Positions 61,569 to 64,000 of a stretch of 64,000 bases of DNA are shown piece by piece (the first letter of the stretch is position 1; each line of letters opens with the position of its first letter). Where the stretch lies: contig CAWFAK010000017.1 in NCBI GenBank assembly GCA_963813715.1, forward strand, positions 448,001 to 512,000. Reading direction: 5' to 3'. Source of the DNA: an uncultured Planctomycetaceae bacterium (GTDB lineage Bacteria; Planctomycetota; Planctomycetia; Planctomycetales; Planctomycetaceae). Position numbers and translations under genes: made by a program. The notes under the pieces were generated by a model, which was not told the DNA's origin, did no database searches, and saw only the letters and a program-made list of their open reading frames with translations.

Positions 61569-62831
61569 ATGTTACATCGAACAGTTGTTGTGGTCTTACT
61601 TCTGGCGGCTTTCCGTAACGCGGAGTTGCCGGCGGAGCAGGAAGCAGTTCCTGCGCGGGCAATCAGCGTTCTGCCCGTCTTCTTCGTTCCGACTGGACAA
61701 CAGGCGCCGTCGCAGGACCAGTCGAAACGCCTCATGCGCCATCTGAAGTGGTCGCAGACGCGGTATCGCGAATTGCTCGGGCACGGGACGACATTTGCGA
61801 TCGCAGAACAGAAACCGCGTGTCTACCGCGCCCAGCGACCTTTGGAGTTCTACCGCGCTCAGCCTGAGAGGTCGGCAGGCCAGATCGTCAGCGAGCTGCT
61901 CGGCGATCTCAATTACAACCGGAATAACTGCCCGTTCGTTCTGCTCGTCGTGCTGATGAATCCAAAGGACAACGTCCCACCAGGTTGGGGGCAACCGCTG
62001 AACGGAGGTTTTAACACCGGCGGCGGGGTGAGCTTTTTGTCCTCGTTCGGGCTCGATCACTCACCCTACTTCCAATCCACCCTACAGCACGAGCTCGGGC
62101 ATGCGTTCGGCCTGCCTCACGTCGAGGTGTACGGCTACGACATGAAAACAAATCCTTCGATGATGTCTTACGACCCCCGGCACCATACCAAAGGGTTCAC
62201 GGACAGCGCAAAGCCCGGGAAATTTATTCCGGAGGACCGGCGCGGGTTAGCGCTCAACACGCGGGCATTTCCGAGTCTCCATTTTGATCCCGAGAAGAAC
62301 ATTCCGCCGGGCTATTCGATCGCCAAGATCGTGACGCTCGGACGTCTGAAGATTCCGGGGCAACCCGATGGACCGGTGGTCACATCCCATTCTGGCGAAA
62401 CATACGGAAGCAAAGTTGCCAACATTGTGCAGGGGCGGATCGCCGAAAACGAAAAAGGTGAGAAGGTCACCTTTGACGCAAGAACAATGTGGCATTCGGC
62501 AAAGTCGGCGACCGGCTGGGTCGCCGTCCAGATTGTCTTTCCTTGCGAAGTGGAGCTCACACGGATCGTCGTGCACTCTCAACACAGCGGGCAATACCAC
62601 ATTGCCAAGGCCGTGCGCGTCGCCGTCGGCGACAACGGCGAACACTTGCGTCAGGTCATCGAAACCAACTTGGCTTCCGCGGACAGTGAAGTGTCGTTTC
62701 CGGCGACGAAGGGTCGGGTGTGGCAACTCGAACTTCGGGCCGACGAAACCGGCGAGGTGACCTTGCGTGGGCTGCAGTTCTTCTCAGGAGAGGACGAATT
62801 GTTCCCACCGTTGGTGCCGTACCGGGGATAG
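61569..62831 (+). CDS. Secreted metzincin-type zinc metalloprotease with a C-terminal discoidin/F5-8C-like domain
   Basis: Signal peptide, HELGHAFGLPH, Met-turn PSMMSY, C-terminal TMWHS..WVAVQIVF..LTRIVVH. Confidence 0.75.
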   Translation: MLHRTVVVVLLLAAFRNAELPAEQEAVPARAISVLPVFFVPTGQQAPSQDQSKRLMRHLKWSQTRYRELLGHGTTFAIAEQKPRVYRAQRPLEFYRAQPERSAGQIVSELLGDLNYNRNNCPFVLLVVLMNPKDNVPPGWGQPLNGGFNTGGGVSFLSSFGLDHSPYFQSTLQHELGHAFGLPHVEVYGYDMKTNPSMMSYDPRHHTKGFTDSAKPGKFIPEDRRGLALNTRAFPSLHFDPEKNIPPGYSIAKIVTLGRLKIPGQPDGPVVTSHSGETYGSKVANIVQGRIAENEKGEKVTFDARTMWHSAKSATGWVAVQIVFPCEVELTRIVVHSQHSGQYHIAKAVRVAVGDNGEHLRQVIETNLASADSEVSFPATKGRVWQLELRADETGEVTLRGLQFFSGEDELFPPLVPYRG

Positions 62832-62949
62832 CAGTCCCGATCAAATCATTCCGATCCCCCTTTTAATTCGTCCTCGATCAGGAACACCTGGTGCCACGGT
62901 CGGCCTCAAAGAAGGTGTTTTGAACCTGTTGGGCTACGATCCTGTTTCC

Positions 62950-63333
62950 CGCGGCCACCTGGACGCGGAGGGGAACGTCGAGATGTGCAACGCGGGCCAC
63001 TGCCCTCCACTGTGGGTCTCAGAGGGCGAAGTCAAACACATTGACTCCACGGGTTTGCCGGTTGGCGTCCTCTGCGATGGCGAATATCCCTCGCACCGCC
63101 GAAGACTGGCCCGGGGAGACAGCCTGGTCCTCTACACCGACGGTCTATCGGAGGCGTTTAATCCTGCGCGGGAGCTCTACGGAGCCAAGCGACTCGGCGA
63201 GCTCGTGGCACGTCACGCGGCGTTTTCGGCCAATTCGCTGTTGGCGGCGATCCTGCAGGACCTCGCGGATTTTCAGGCCGGACACGCGCGGTCCGATGAC
63301 CTGACGATCATGGTGCTGCGGCGAACGAGTTGA
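62950..63333 (+). pseudogene. C-terminal remnant of a PP2C/SpoIIE (RsbU-like) phosphatase
   Basis: CNAGHCPPL, GLPVG, LVLYTDGLSEA, DDLTIMVL are present. The N-terminal DVSGHG-type half is absent. Confidence 0.7.
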
Positions 63334-63469
63334 GGGGACGCGCGCGTCGAGAGAACTCCTCGACGTGAGCGACGGAGGAGTTCTCAATCGACGAATCCGG
63401 CAGGCGGCAACGTGTTCCGCGCTGGCCCATCCGCAATGTTCGACGCGGCGTTGCCTTGCGCGGCTAGGA

Positions 63470-63736
63470 TCAGGCGACTTTCACGCCGAACCTCGCGTCA
63501 GGTTGACTTCCCGGCGCAGCGTTGGTCGAGATCTGCGTTGAGTACCGATGTCCATCGGGGCAAACAATTTCGACCCTCGTCCACAGACCGTCGGAGACTC
63601 CCAAGCCCTGCGTCGTGGCAACCCGTTCACAATGCGGCGCCGGGCAGGCGATCTGCAGCGCGGTCGCGTTAATCACCGTCGGATCATCGGCAGACATTTC
63701 GTCGTCCTCTCTTCGTTTAGGTTCTAACTGGGGCAT
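63470..63736 (-). CDS. Small hypothetical protein with Cys/His pairs
   Basis: CPAPHC..CPDGH. No recognisable family. Confidence 0.3.
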   Translation of the reverse strand: MPQLEPKRREDDEMSADDPTVINATALQIACPAPHCERVATTQGLGVSDGLWTRVEIVCPDGHRYSTQISTNAAPGSQPDARFGVKVA

Positions 63737-64000
63737 GAACGTTGCGGTCGGGCCGAGAATGATAGGGTGGTCGGCAGCCAATTGCGAGCCGAATGCAGCA
63801 GGATCGAAGATTTCTTCACAATTCGGCTGGATTTTGGCACTCCGTACATCGGCCGGCAGTTTTTGCCAGCGAATTCGTCATTTCCGAGCAAGAATCTGAT
63901 AGTCCGTACGAGCCAGTCGTTCCCAAGATCAGACGCCAAACGAAATCCGGATCGGAGTCGCGGCACGAAAGTGTGAAGATTCATGACACGACCAACGACG

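Overview
GC-rich bacterial chromosomal window, most likely from a member of Planctomycetota (inferred from the intergenic palindrome families and the gene repertoire; not confirmed). Many conserved genes carry single-base frameshifts, which look like long-read/assembly indels rather than real pseudogenes. Main content: (1) 2.1-16.2 kb, a complete group 1h (high-affinity, actinobacterial-type) [NiFe]-hydrogenase locus: hypF-C-D-E, hhyS, hhyL, NifU-like protein, four conserved accessory ORFs, maturation protease, small membrane protein, hypA-hypB; (2) aspC with a phytoene-dehydrogenase-like oxidoreductase and a FabZ-like dehydratase; (3) a 45-aa lysine-rich histone-like protein with its own promoter and terminator; (4) an oxidative pentose-phosphate/sugar-phosphate cluster (pgi, DUF2090-like aldolase, gnd, zwf, histidine phosphatase, pgl, ROK kinase); (5) DksA/TraR-like gene, hemA, ccsA-like gene, sigma54 activator and HEAT-repeat protein; (6) a microcompartment-free ethanolamine module (APC permease, eutA, a fused eutB-eutC gene); (7) a probably leaderless ribbon-helix-helix three-gene operon with a triple 8-bp GTAC-box array over its promoter; (8) accessory genes (Tat-exported phospholipase C, DinB, OBAP, PQQ propeller, EVE, immunity-like genes, metzincin protease, PP2C remnant). 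About five REP-like palindrome families occur. I recognised no rRNA, tRNA, CRISPR array or transposase.
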